DNA from: Candidatus Hydrogenedentota bacterium
GTDB taxonomy: Bacteria; Hydrogenedentota; Hydrogenedentia; Hydrogenedentales; SLHB01
Reading direction: 5' to 3'
Assembly: GCA_045863295.1 (NCBI GenBank)
Contig: BTWA01000006.1
Location: forward strand, 163,431-227,430
DNA length: 64,000 bases
This document shows, one piece after another, positions 9,723 to 19,442 of this stretch (within the stretch, counting starts at the first letter, position 1; each line of letters opens with the position of its first letter). Below the pieces are notes generated by a model. It saw only the letters and a list, made by a program, of their open reading frames with translations. It did not search any database and was not told where the DNA came from. A program made the position numbers and the translations under genes.

Positions 9723-10874
9723 ATGAGTAGACATACAAATATCAGCCCCTTCATGTACCTCTATTTTAGCTTTTTCTTGTTCGCGCTCTTTAGTTGTTCC
9801 AACGGGCAAAATGCGCGCTTGAGCGTTTCGGGGCAAATAACGGGAATTACCGTGGGTGCGGGTTCTCGTGTTGGGGGCCGGGTCTTGGAGGTATTAGTTA
9901 CGGAAGGCTGCGCAATCAAAAAGGGTGACGTACTCGTACGGCTGCAAAGCGATGAACAGACGGCGCTTGTTGCCGCGGCAAAGGCGCGGCTGGATCAGGC
10001 CGAAGCAACTCTGCTCAAGATTGAGAATGGTGTCCGTCCCGAGGAATTGAAACGCATTGAAGCGGCCGCCTCCCAAGCCGAAGCGCAATACCTGATGGCG
10101 GTCCGGGGCGCGCGAACCGAAGAAATTGAGACCGTTCGCGCAACGGCCGAGGCCGCGCGCGCCAAGCGAGACCAAGCGAAATCCGATTACGAGCGTGCCA
10201 AGAATCTCTACGAGACCAAGGTTATCTCACAACAAATGCATGAGCAGGCACTGCACGCCTTTGAAGGGGCCGAAAGTCAGTTCAAGGCCGCCATGGAACA
10301 GTTGAATCTGGTGTTGAAAGGCACGCGGGATGAGCAAATTGCCATGGCCAAAGCTTCGTGGGATCAGATTGCCGCGGCGCTTGAAGAAGCCCGGAATGGC
10401 GCTCGTGCCGAGGACATTGCAGCGGCCAGGGCGGCCCGCGATCTTGCGAAGGCGGATTTGGACAGGGCAGAAGTCGTTCTGCGCGAGATGGAAATCCTGG
10501 CGCCTCGAGACGGCGTGGCCGAGACCATCGACGTGCACGCGGGCGATCTGGTGAAACCGGGCCCCGTCGTGGAAATTACCGACCCCGAAGACCTTGAGCT
10601 ATTGATTTATGTGAGCGCTCTCTATCTGGGCAAGGTCGGGTTGGGTGACGTCGTGGAATTCACCACCGACTCTCACGGCGGAGAAACTTTTGAAGGAACG
10701 GTCGTTCAGGTGGCAACCGAAGGCGAATTTACACCGCGCAACCTTCAGACCCAGGAGGAGCGCGTACAACAGGTCTTTGGCGTCAAGCTCAAGCTAAACT
10801 CCAACGGGGGCAAAATACGCGCCGGCATGACGGCCACTGCCCATTTTGATTTTGCCCATGCCAACGGTCATTGA
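9723..10874 (+). CDS. HlyD/YbhG-family membrane fusion protein with a long coiled coil
   Basis: Lipoyl-like GSRVGGRVLEVLV, repeated GAR-x-E-x-I units, GEFTPRNLQTQEERVQQVF. Confidence 0.9.
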   Translation: MSRHTNISPFMYLYFSFFLFALFSCSNGQNARLSVSGQITGITVGAGSRVGGRVLEVLVTEGCAIKKGDVLVRLQSDEQTALVAAAKARLDQAEATLLKIENGVRPEELKRIEAAASQAEAQYLMAVRGARTEEIETVRATAEAARAKRDQAKSDYERAKNLYETKVISQQMHEQALHAFEGAESQFKAAMEQLNLVLKGTRDEQIAMAKASWDQIAAALEEARNGARAEDIAAARAARDLAKADLDRAEVVLREMEILAPRDGVAETIDVHAGDLVKPGPVVEITDPEDLELLIYVSALYLGKVGLGDVVEFTTDSHGGETFEGTVVQVATEGEFTPRNLQTQEERVQQVFGVKLKLNSNGGKIRAGMTATAHFDFAHANGH

Positions 10875-11805
10875 GACACGCGACCTGACGCGCAAGTTTG
10901 GCGCCTTCACGGCCGTAGACCGCGTTACGCTCTCGGTGGAACAAGGAAGCATTTTCGGTTTTCTGGGTCCCAACGGATCCGGTAAGACGACACTGATTCG
11001 GATGTTGTGCGGATTAATCAGTCCAACGAGCGGGGAAGCCGTTGTTCTTGGCAATGACGTAAACCGCGACAGCGAAAAGGTCAAATCGTCCATAGGATAT
11101 ATGTCGCAACAGTTCAGCTTGTACCGTGACCTGACGGTTATGGAGAACCTGAAGTTTTATGCGCGCATTTACTCGGTGCCGCATCGGGACATGTTGAGCC
11201 GCATCGAAGATGTAATCGAAATTGTGGGTATTCAGGACTTCCGGAAGCGTCAGGCTTCGAAATTGTCCGGCGGTTGGAAACAGCGGCTCGCGTTGGCCTG
11301 CGCACTTGTTCATCGCCCGCGGCTCTTGTTCCTGGATGAACCCACCGCCGGCATTGACCCAGTTGCCAGGCGCGCGCTATGGAATCTGTTGTTTGACCTG
11401 TCTGGCAAAGGGGTGACGCTGTTTGTGACCACCCACTACATGGACGAAGCCGAACGGTGTTCGCACGTGGGGTACATTTACTATTCCAAGTTGATGGTCT
11501 GCGGCACTACCAAAGAACTCAAGGAATTGCCCGAGGTTTCGCCTCCTGGATTGGAGCGCCTGGAAGTGCGGTGCGATCGGCTTGCCACGGCCATGACGTT
11601 TTTGCGTGACAAGCCCTACGTGCACGACGCGACAATCTTCGGAGACATGTTGCATGTATTAATGGACGAATCCATGCAGGAACACCTTATTCGCGATCTT
11701 CTCGATGCAGGATTCGGCCACGCAACCGCCAATGTTATCCCGCCCAACCTTGAGGACGTGTTTGTCACTCTGACACGCGCCCGGGACGCGGCCCAACGTG
11801 TTTAG
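10858..11805 (+). CDS. ABC-2 exporter ATP-binding protein (YbhF-like)
   Basis: GPNGSGKT, LSGGWKQRL, LDEPTAGIDP, TTHYMDEAE. Confidence 0.93.
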   Translation: MPTVIETRDLTRKFGAFTAVDRVTLSVEQGSIFGFLGPNGSGKTTLIRMLCGLISPTSGEAVVLGNDVNRDSEKVKSSIGYMSQQFSLYRDLTVMENLKFYARIYSVPHRDMLSRIEDVIEIVGIQDFRKRQASKLSGGWKQRLALACALVHRPRLLFLDEPTAGIDPVARRALWNLLFDLSGKGVTLFVTTHYMDEAERCSHVGYIYYSKLMVCGTTKELKELPEVSPPGLERLEVRCDRLATAMTFLRDKPYVHDATIFGDMLHVLMDESMQEHLIRDLLDAGFGHATANVIPPNLEDVFVTLTRARDAAQRV

Positions 11806-12913
11806 AGGATTTAGGGCGATAGCCTACAAAGAATCCATACACATTTTGCGTGACCCTCGCACGCTCTTTTTGATGTTGATCATTCCTGGCATTCAATTGA
11901 CTGTCTTTGGGTATGCAATTGACCTTGAGGTAAAACACATTCCGACCGTTGTGTACAACCTGGACGGCCGCGAAGACAGCCACCGTTTGATAGAGAGTTT
12001 CGTCAATACGGGCTATTTTGATCTTGTTGCGTACGTATCCTCGGATGACGAATTGGTTTCCCGAATCGTACGCAATCAGGCCAAAGTTGGCATCAAGATT
12101 CCACCGGATTATTCAGATGGCTTGCTATCCGGACGCGGATCGCAGGTACAAGTGCTTATAGACGGCAGCGACTCAACCCAGGCCATGCAGGCACTGAACG
12201 CTTCGAACGGGATTGCGTTCGAGAAGTCATTCGAATTACTGGCGACGGTGCAGCAGGGCGAAATTCAGCAACCGATTCAGACCCGTCCCCGCATTCTATT
12301 CAATCCGGATATGAAGACGGCGAACTTCATGGTGCCCGGTTTGGTAGGGATTGTCATGCAGGTTGTGACCATGTTCCTGACCGCGTTTGCCATCGTCCGC
12401 GAAAAGGAATTGGGAACACTGGAACAATTGATGGCGACACCGGTATCGAGGCTTGGACTCATGACCGGAAAATTGGCCCCGTACTGCGTCATCGGTTCTT
12501 TCGAAACGTCTGTCGTGTTGCTGCTTATGCGTTTCCTGTTCCAAGTGCCGATTTCCGGTAGCATTCTCTTGTTGGCGGCGCTCTCCCTGTTGTTCCTGTT
12601 TACGGCGCTTGGACTCGGGATCATGGTTTCCACCATTGCATCCACGCAGGTCGAGGCCATGCAACTGGCGTTTGTCATCATGCTGCCATCGGTGCTCTTG
12701 TCGGGATTTATCTTTCCGCAGGAATCGATGCCTTTGCCCATCTATGTAATCGGGAAACTTTTGCCTGCCACGTATTTTATTCGCATACTCAGGGGGATCA
12801 TTTTGCGCGGCGCCACGTTTACGGATTTGTACATGGACGCCTTCTGGCTTGCGCTCATCGGGTTCGTCATTCTGGCCATCAGTACACGGCGCTTCAGGAA
12901 GACGCTGGCGTGA
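11798..12913 (+). CDS. ABC-2 exporter permease (YbhR/YbhS-like)
   Basis: IDGSDS, FMVPGLVG, IVREKELGTLEQLMATP, LSGFIFPQESMP. Confidence 0.92.
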   Translation: MFRGFRAIAYKESIHILRDPRTLFLMLIIPGIQLTVFGYAIDLEVKHIPTVVYNLDGREDSHRLIESFVNTGYFDLVAYVSSDDELVSRIVRNQAKVGIKIPPDYSDGLLSGRGSQVQVLIDGSDSTQAMQALNASNGIAFEKSFELLATVQQGEIQQPIQTRPRILFNPDMKTANFMVPGLVGIVMQVVTMFLTAFAIVREKELGTLEQLMATPVSRLGLMTGKLAPYCVIGSFETSVVLLLMRFLFQVPISGSILLLAALSLLFLFTALGLGIMVSTIASTQVEAMQLAFVIMLPSVLLSGFIFPQESMPLPIYVIGKLLPATYFIRILRGIILRGATFTDLYMDAFWLALIGFVILAISTRRFRKTLA

Positions 12914-13145
12914 GGTGGCGCTCTGCGTAAGCGCACTTCTTCACTGCCGTTCTCAGCACCGCAGCAACGAACAAGGCTTGCGCAAGGGTCGTTCTGCCCG
13001 ACAGTTCCGAATTCATTTCAATTCGAGACAAAAGGGAACAGTCGGGACAAAGGGAATGGCTGGTGGGCTCGAATAACGGATCGTGATTCTCAATCCACTC
13101 GTTGTCGTCCCGCACGCGTTTGCATTTACAACACTGAACTGTCAT
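12894..13145 (-). CDS. Small Cys-rich putative zinc-binding protein (83 aa)
   Basis: MTVQCCKCKRVRDDNEW...TSHSLCPDC fits a CxxC...SHxxCPxC pattern; it is the 3' part of ORF 12894..13514 and is divergent from mazG. Confidence 0.6.
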   Translation of the reverse strand: MTVQCCKCKRVRDDNEWIENHDPLFEPTSHSLCPDCSLLSRIEMNSELSGRTTLAQALFVAAVLRTAVKKCAYAERHLTPASS

Positions 13146-13227
13146 GTTTATGGCCCCGTTAAGACCGCATCCCACTGTATTTATCGGATTGAATGCTGGA
13201 AAGCTTGAGTTCGAGGAGTTTCCGCCT

Positions 13228-13644
13228 ATGTATCCGCATTGGAATCGCACCCCATCGACGGAAGTCGAGTGGTTCGAGGCACTTGCAAGCCTTGCGCGAT
13301 ATTTGAGAGGCCCGGATGGATGCCCCTGGGACCGGGAACAATCCTCGTCGGATTTTGCCCGGTACGCGGTGGAAGAGGCCCGCGAATGGCAGGACTCATA
13401 CGAAAGGGGCGACAACCGGCACATTGAAGAGGAATTTGGCGATACCTTATTTGTCATGTTGGCGGCGGCCGCCGCTGCCGAAGAAGAAGGTCGGTTCAAT
13501 CTGAAGAATGCCATGGTTCGGGCTCATGAGAAAATGATCCGGCGCCATGAACATGTATTTGGCGAGGAAAAAGCCTCGACGCCGGAGGAGGCTATTGCCA
13601 TGTGGAACCGCATCAAGGCTAAGGAAAAGGAGCAATCCGCATGA
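13228..13644 (+). CDS. mazG: Single-domain MazG nucleotide pyrophosphohydrolase
   Basis: LRGPDGCPWDREQ, EEARE, EEEFGD, KMIRRHEHVFG; RBS GAGGAG before ATG 13228. Confidence 0.88.
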   Translation: MYPHWNRTPSTEVEWFEALASLARYLRGPDGCPWDREQSSSDFARYAVEEAREWQDSYERGDNRHIEEEFGDTLFVMLAAAAAAEEEGRFNLKNAMVRAHEKMIRRHEHVFGEEKASTPEEAIAMWNRIKAKEKEQSA

Positions 13645-14042
13645 AGCTCACAGTGATAAGCGCCTTTTTGGCATCTTCGGTATTGCTGGGATGCGGAAAC
13701 CCGGTGCCCCCGGAGCCGTCCAGCCCGGAACCGGACGTGACTGAGGCCACGAGTGTGGAGACTGCGCCGGAGCCGCCTGCGGAGCCTCAGCTGACTGACG
13801 CACTTGCAGGAACTACGTGGTCTGCCGGCGATTTCACGTTGACGTTTGGAAGCGATGGTACGGTCGTGATTCACGGGGGTTCATTTGCGAGTCTGTCTCC
13901 GGATGGGGCCCCTATTTCATACACACTCTCGGCCGAGGGGGAGTTAGTGATTGGCGAATCAGAATCCACGGTAAATGTTGGGCGTGTTGACGAAGGCCAA
14001 TTGAAGATCGATGGAGTAGCGGTAGTCAAACAGCCGATGTAA
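13641..14042 (+). CDS. Hypothetical lipoprotein
   Basis: Lipobox VLLGC, Pro/Glu-rich linker, small beta-rich domain; ATGA overlap with mazG. Confidence 0.75.
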   Translation: MKLTVISAFLASSVLLGCGNPVPPEPSSPEPDVTEATSVETAPEPPAEPQLTDALAGTTWSAGDFTLTFGSDGTVVIHGGSFASLSPDGAPISYTLSAEGELVIGESESTVNVGRVDEGQLKIDGVAVVKQPM

Positions 14043-14098
14043 TGCAGTATTGGCCGGACTGTTTTGAGGTTCGGCCGGGACGTCAGGAGTAGGAATCC

Positions 14099-15472
14099 AT
14101 GTTTCGACAAATCTGTGTGCATGCACTAGCGATGGCTTTGGCAGGAACGACCACGTTCGCCCAAGAGCCGGCCAGTTCTTCCAAGGCCAAGAACGTTATT
14201 TTTCTCATAGCCGATGGCTGGGGCTTCAACCATATAGAGGCAACCAATTACTTTCAGTTCGGAGAGTTGGGTCATCAACCGTACGAAACTGGATTTGAGA
14301 AACTTGGAATGTCCACTTTCTCCATTAATGGCGGCTACGATGTCGACCAAGCGTGGAGCAGCTACGAGTATTTCAAATTGAAAGCGGCGGATTCCGCGGC
14401 AACCGCCACGACGATGTCATCCGGCGTAAAGACGCTCGACGGCCGGATAGGAGTCGATGCCGAGGGGAAACCGGTTCGGGGCATTGTTGAGCACGCCCAC
14501 GATTTGGGGAAGGCGACCGGTGTAATTACGACGGTGCAGATGAGTCACGCGACTCCGGCTGCTTTTGCTTCGCACAACGATGCGCGGAAGAATTACGAGC
14601 AAATTGGCCATGAAATGATCCAGGAAAGCAAGATCAACGTATTGATGGGGGCGGGACATCCTTACTTTGACAATGACGGAAAGCTCATCGCCACCCAGGA
14701 GGCCGATGGCAGCTGGACTACAAAGGGCAAGTATGACGTGGTGGGGGGTATTGCTACCTGGCAACAGGTCGTAGAAGGCAAGGCAGGCGCGGACATTGAC
14801 GGTGACGGCGAGGCCGATCCTTGGATGTTAATTGATTCTCGAGAAGAGTTTCAAAAAATGGCGACCGGAGATACACCGAAGCGGGTTCTGGGGATTGCGC
14901 CGGTGCCGGAAACCTTGCAGGCTTCGCGTACGGGCGTCGATGATAAGCGCGAGGATGACCTGCCGTACCAGACTCCGCTTCTGGAGACGTCACCCACCGC
15001 TGCGGAGATGATAGCGGCCGCTTTGAATGTGCTTGATAACAACGACAAGGGTTTTGTACTGGTGGCGGAATCCGGCGGTGCGGTGGATTGGGCCTCGCAC
15101 GCGAATGCGATGGGCCGCATGATCGAGGAAATGGCGGCCTTTGGCGATGCCGTGCAGGCTGTGACGCAGTGGGTGGAGAGCAACAGCAATTGGGATGAAA
15201 CACTGGTGATAGTGACCGGAGATCACGAATGTGGCTATCTCTGGGGCGAAGGTTCGGATCCCGATTGGATACCCATACAAAACAAAGGTAAGGGGAATTT
15301 GCCGGGATTTAAATGGGGCAAGACAAGCCACTCGAATCATCTCATACCTTGTTTTGTCCGGGGCGCGGGTTCGGACGCCGTTGTGGCATTGGCGGATCAG
15401 ACCGATAAGCGCGTGGGCAAGTTTCTGGATAATGCAGAACTGGGAAAGGTCTTGTTTGAGGTTCTGAAATAG
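14099..15472 (+). CDS. Alkaline phosphatase (PhoA family), exported
   Basis: NVIFLIADGWG, ADSAATAT (catalytic Ser), SHATPAAF, VDWASHAN, VTGDHECG. Confidence 0.93.
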   Translation: MFRQICVHALAMALAGTTTFAQEPASSSKAKNVIFLIADGWGFNHIEATNYFQFGELGHQPYETGFEKLGMSTFSINGGYDVDQAWSSYEYFKLKAADSAATATTMSSGVKTLDGRIGVDAEGKPVRGIVEHAHDLGKATGVITTVQMSHATPAAFASHNDARKNYEQIGHEMIQESKINVLMGAGHPYFDNDGKLIATQEADGSWTTKGKYDVVGGIATWQQVVEGKAGADIDGDGEADPWMLIDSREEFQKMATGDTPKRVLGIAPVPETLQASRTGVDDKREDDLPYQTPLLETSPTAAEMIAAALNVLDNNDKGFVLVAESGGAVDWASHANAMGRMIEEMAAFGDAVQAVTQWVESNSNWDETLVIVTGDHECGYLWGEGSDPDWIPIQNKGKGNLPGFKWGKTSHSNHLIPCFVRGAGSDAVVALADQTDKRVGKFLDNAELGKVLFEVLK

Positions 15473-15490
15473 CCTCGGTGCATGTATTTG

Positions 15491-15528
15491 GAGACGCCAC
15501 CTGGACGGCCGGGTGGCGTTCTCTTTTT
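15491..15528 (+). terminator. Intrinsic terminator between convergent genes
   Basis: GAGACGCCACC...GGTGGCGTTCTC followed by TTTTT. Confidence 0.7.
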
Positions 15529-16030
15529 ACTCTACTGCAATAACTGCTTCTTGATCAGAGTCACGAAATAAACCCGCGAACCTCAGATTGAGCAACAACA
15601 AGAGTGCCATAGGCGGGATCATCCTGGGAATTTGCATAACCAGACCTCCTGGTCCCTGCACGAAACTGAATACAAGAGCATTCGCAATGACCAAAATGCC
15701 CGTCATGTTGCCAAGGTAGAATCCCAACCAACGATTACGCAACAGCAGTCCGATGCCGGTTACGATATACAACGCCGATGTAACGCCGCCAGACACAAAA
15801 TCGTAGGCTGTCGGCTTTGGGAGCGGAGGATCCGTTTCCAACGAAACGGCATTTTCGCCGGTTGGCGATTGCGGTAGGGTTGCCTGTTCCGGCATGGGAG
15901 TCATGGCACTCATCATGACCAGACCCAAAACGCCCATCAGACCAAGAATCAGACATAGCACGGCGAGTAGATACAAACCGCCCGGGGTTGGAATTGCCTG
16001 TTGGTTCGTCATCGGACTAACCCTGGACAA
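15527..16030 (-). CDS. Hypothetical membrane protein (about 4 TM helices)
   Basis: Four hydrophobic stretches; co-oriented downstream of the TPP enzyme; start may be 16012. Confidence 0.7.
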   Translation of the reverse strand: MSRVSPMTNQQAIPTPGGLYLLAVLCLILGLMGVLGLVMMSAMTPMPEQATLPQSPTGENAVSLETDPPLPKPTAYDFVSGGVTSALYIVTGIGLLLRNRWLGFYLGNMTGILVIANALVFSFVQGPGGLVMQIPRMIPPMALLLLLNLRFAGLFRDSDQEAVIAVE

Positions 16031-16048
16031 ACGAATGGCGGAACACTT

Positions 16049-17689
16049 TTAGACATACACTCCTCCTCTGAACGAACGGTCTTGTTCGATTACCACATTC
16101 ACCAATGCCGGTTTTCCAGAGGCAAAGGCCCTGTCCAGGGCAGGCCGAATATCTTGCGGGCGTTCGACAAATTCTCCGTGGCCTCCCAGTGCTTCCACCA
16201 CTTTGTCATATCGGGAATAGTTCAGTTCCACTGCGACCAAACGATCTTCGCCGAAAAAGGCGGCTTGGGGCCGCATCATTTGCCCCCAGGCGGCATCGTT
16301 ACCGACCACACCGACGATAGGGAGATTGTGGCGGACCGCTGTGTCGTATTCGAAACCGTTCAAGCCGAAACTGCCGTCACCATAGATAATCAGCACACGC
16401 TTTTCAGGATGAGCGGCCTGGGCCGCCAAGGCAAACGGCATGCCAACGCCAAGCGTGCCCAAGGGACCCGGATCCATCCACAATCCGTTCTTGGGCACAG
16501 GCACGACTTTGGCCGCGGAAGCAACAATGTCTCCCCCATCGCCGATGATGATCATGTCGTCCGTAACAACGTTGGCGATTTCCTGGCATAGCCGTGCGGC
16601 CTTAATCGGTACTGCATCAGACGCCGCCTCCTCACTGTGCTTGGCGGCCATGGCGTCTTCGATACTCCGCAGACTGGCAGCGTATTGTGAATAGTCGAGT
16701 GTTATGTTCTGTTCATCCATAACGCGCATCATGGCATCAAAGGTGCAAGCGAGATTTCCCACCAAAGCCACGTGGGATGCCCGGTTCTGGCCGATTAACG
16801 TGTTGTCCATCTCCAATTGGATAATCTTGCAGTCTTTGGGCAGCGTTGTGCCAAAGGCGAGTCGAAAATCGAGGATCGCCCCCGCCAATACCACGACGTC
16901 GCATTGTTCAAATGCCTGTCGTCGCGTGCGATTGAACAAGTGGCTTGAATCGCGCGCCACGGTGCCGCGTCCCATGCCATTGGCAAAGGCCGGCAAGTTG
17001 GTACGTTCAAGAAATGCGTTAAGCTGGGGTTGTGCATTGGACCATTTGACGCTGGTACCCGCCATGAGAAATGGCCGCTTCGCATTCCGTAGAATCTCCA
17101 ACGCCTTGAGTATCTCGTCACGGGCCGGCGCGATAAGAGGCGGCGCGGATTTGATGAACGGCACTGCTGCATCGTCCCAATCGGCCTCCAGCATTAGAAT
17201 GTCCATGGGAATCTCAAGATAGGAAGGTCCGGGTATTCCACTCACCGCGTGGCGAACGGCCAGTTCGACATATTCGGGAATTCGGTCGGTATGGTAACAG
17301 GCGCCCGCCCATTTCGTTATTGGGCGCATGAGTCCGATGTGATCCATCTCTTGCAGCGACCCGCGGCCAAGGTTCGCGAATGGCCCCTGGCCTCCAATGA
17401 TAATCATGGGAGAATTGGCCCGCCATGCATTCGCGACACCGGTCACCGCGTCGGTTACACCGGGCCCGGCCGTAACGACTGCGCAGCCGATTTTACCGGG
17501 ATTTACTCGCGACCAAGCGTCGGCCGCATGGGCCGCGGCCTGCTCATGACGAACGTCAATTACCCGAATTCCCTCGTCCAGGCAACCGTCGTAAATGGCG
17601 AATACATGCCCGCCGGACAAGGTGAAAATGCATTCCACACCCGCTTTTTTGAGCGCCCTGGCCACCAATTTGCCGCCATGCATCGACAT
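16049..17689 (-). CDS. Thiamine-diphosphate-dependent enzyme (acetolactate synthase-like / 2-hydroxyacyl-CoA lyase family)
   Basis: DVRHEQAAAHAADAW, TAGPGVTD, MDPGPLGTLGVG, TPP motif GDGSFG...NDAAWG. Confidence 0.9.
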   Translation of the reverse strand: MSMHGGKLVARALKKAGVECIFTLSGGHVFAIYDGCLDEGIRVIDVRHEQAAAHAADAWSRVNPGKIGCAVVTAGPGVTDAVTGVANAWRANSPMIIIGGQGPFANLGRGSLQEMDHIGLMRPITKWAGACYHTDRIPEYVELAVRHAVSGIPGPSYLEIPMDILMLEADWDDAAVPFIKSAPPLIAPARDEILKALEILRNAKRPFLMAGTSVKWSNAQPQLNAFLERTNLPAFANGMGRGTVARDSSHLFNRTRRQAFEQCDVVVLAGAILDFRLAFGTTLPKDCKIIQLEMDNTLIGQNRASHVALVGNLACTFDAMMRVMDEQNITLDYSQYAASLRSIEDAMAAKHSEEAASDAVPIKAARLCQEIANVVTDDMIIIGDGGDIVASAAKVVPVPKNGLWMDPGPLGTLGVGMPFALAAQAAHPEKRVLIIYGDGSFGLNGFEYDTAVRHNLPIVGVVGNDAAWGQMMRPQAAFFGEDRLVAVELNYSRYDKVVEALGGHGEFVERPQDIRPALDRAFASGKPALVNVVIEQDRSFRGGVYV

Positions 17690-17763
17690 AACCAACCCTC
17701 CTCCCTCACAAGGTAGGGTGTTATACGATGTTTTGCTGGCGGGAATCGAGTTTTCGCAGCCGA

Positions 17764-19422
17764 TCACGCATATTCTGAAGCCTCTAGAATGGCCATTACC
17801 TCGTGCGCGTGTCTTGCGCCAACAAGGGATTCCACCAAGCGGTCATCCCCTGCAACTTTGGCCACAAGCGCCAACGCGCGCAAATGGACATCGTTGGGCT
17901 CCACGGGAGAAAGCAACAGGATGACCAAGCGCACCACGGATTCCACCGCTTCATCGCTGACACCGTCCGGTGCAATCCCAATCGCCACAATTGGGTTGTC
18001 CAGTCCGGGCACACGAGCATGGGGAATGCCTGTGTGCAGTCCGAGAAACGTAGACCCCTGTGCTTCCCGATCTTGGATGGCCCGCAAAATGGCATCCAAA
18101 GACAAGGATGGGTAGTCTCTTGAGCATACTTCCGCGAGTTCTTTCAACACAGCATTCTTGGACATGGGCATTGACCAGAGCAGGATACGGCGATCGGTAA
18201 CGTAGTCTGTCAGGCGCAAGGGCTTGTTTGACGCTGAAGGAGATGCACTCGTCGCTTCCGCGTTCGCTTGTCGTGAGGGCGGTTCCACTGCCGTCGATTG
18301 CGTATCGAGCACAACGACGTTGATTCCACGGGCTGTGTAGAGCAGGTCTTCCACGGGACTGACCTGTCCAAGCATGCGTCGCCACCACGTTGGCCGCCCG
18401 CCCGGCGATCCGACTACGATATGGCTGATTCGATACTCTTTCGCGAACTGGAGAATGGTTTTTACAATATCTTCACCCTTGTACGTGAACACCGTTGCGC
18501 CCAGCTGTTGAGCGATCGCGAGCGTATTAGCCAGTACTCGCTGTGTTTGCGCGTCAATTTGAGTTGGACTTTCGGCGGTCGTCTGTACGTAGACGGCGTA
18601 CCAATTCCTGTTCAGCCGTCCGGCAAGGCGAGACGCATAACGCAACAACGCTTCGCTGTTGGGGCCGCGAGAACTCAGGCATACCATGATCTGATCCAGG
18701 CTTGAGGCCGCATCGTCGCTGTCAACGTCGCGCCGGCGGGAATCAATTTGCGATGCCATCTCCCGAAGGGTCAGCTCCCTCAGCTCCGCTAGGTTCGAAT
18801 CGCGGAAGAAGCTGTCTAACGCAACATCAATGCGCTCGTGCGTATAAACCTTCCCTTCGCGAAGCCTTTTGCGCAGATCCTCCGTGGTAACGTCCACATT
18901 GACAATCTCGTCCGCTTCGAGCACCACACGATCCGGAATGCGCTCGCGCACGCGCACGCCGGTACTGCGCTCAACTGTATCGTACAAACTCTCCAAATGT
19001 TGTACATTCAAGGTAGATATGACATGGATTCCAGCAGATCGAATATCTTCCACGTCCTTGTATCGCTTTGCATTCTTGCTGCCGGGAACATTGGTGTGGG
19101 CCAATTCATCCACTAGGACAACGGCTGGACGCCGTGCAAGCACTGCGCCCAGGTCCATCTCCTCGATAACGATTCCCTTGTACCGAGACGAGCGGCGCGG
19201 GACTAACTCCAATCCGGCCACAAGCGCATCGGTTTCTTTACGTCCGTGGGTTTCCACGTAGCCCACAACAACATCAATGCCCTCGAGCATCATGCGATGG
19301 GCTTCTTGAAGCATCTGATACGTTTTTCCCACGCCAGCGCAGTAACCCAGATAAATCTTCAGGCGTCCGCGCTGCGAACGGCGGATCATGCGCAGGAAGT
19401 TGTCAGCCCGTGTTGATTCCAT
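17764..19422 (-). CDS. kdpD: Kinase-less KdpD: KdpD N-terminal domain + Usp domain + C-terminal PTS EIIA (type 2) domain
   Basis: GYCAGVGKT, DELAHTN; Usp segment IMVCLSS...RYASRLA; EIIA signature REAQGSTFLGLHTGIPHAR; no TM helices or H-box. Confidence 0.9.
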   Translation of the reverse strand: MESTRADNFLRMIRRSQRGRLKIYLGYCAGVGKTYQMLQEAHRMMLEGIDVVVGYVETHGRKETDALVAGLELVPRRSSRYKGIVIEEMDLGAVLARRPAVVLVDELAHTNVPGSKNAKRYKDVEDIRSAGIHVISTLNVQHLESLYDTVERSTGVRVRERIPDRVVLEADEIVNVDVTTEDLRKRLREGKVYTHERIDVALDSFFRDSNLAELRELTLREMASQIDSRRRDVDSDDAASSLDQIMVCLSSRGPNSEALLRYASRLAGRLNRNWYAVYVQTTAESPTQIDAQTQRVLANTLAIAQQLGATVFTYKGEDIVKTILQFAKEYRISHIVVGSPGGRPTWWRRMLGQVSPVEDLLYTARGINVVVLDTQSTAVEPPSRQANAEATSASPSASNKPLRLTDYVTDRRILLWSMPMSKNAVLKELAEVCSRDYPSLSLDAILRAIQDREAQGSTFLGLHTGIPHARVPGLDNPIVAIGIAPDGVSDEAVESVVRLVILLLSPVEPNDVHLRALALVAKVAGDDRLVESLVGARHAHEVMAILEASEYA

Positions 19423-19442
19423 GGGTTTTCCGTATTCAATCC

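Noticed and set aside
13228..13644. MazG as part of a toxin-antitoxin or anti-phage system
   Set aside because: No mazEF or defence genes nearby; the sequence looks like the housekeeping type.
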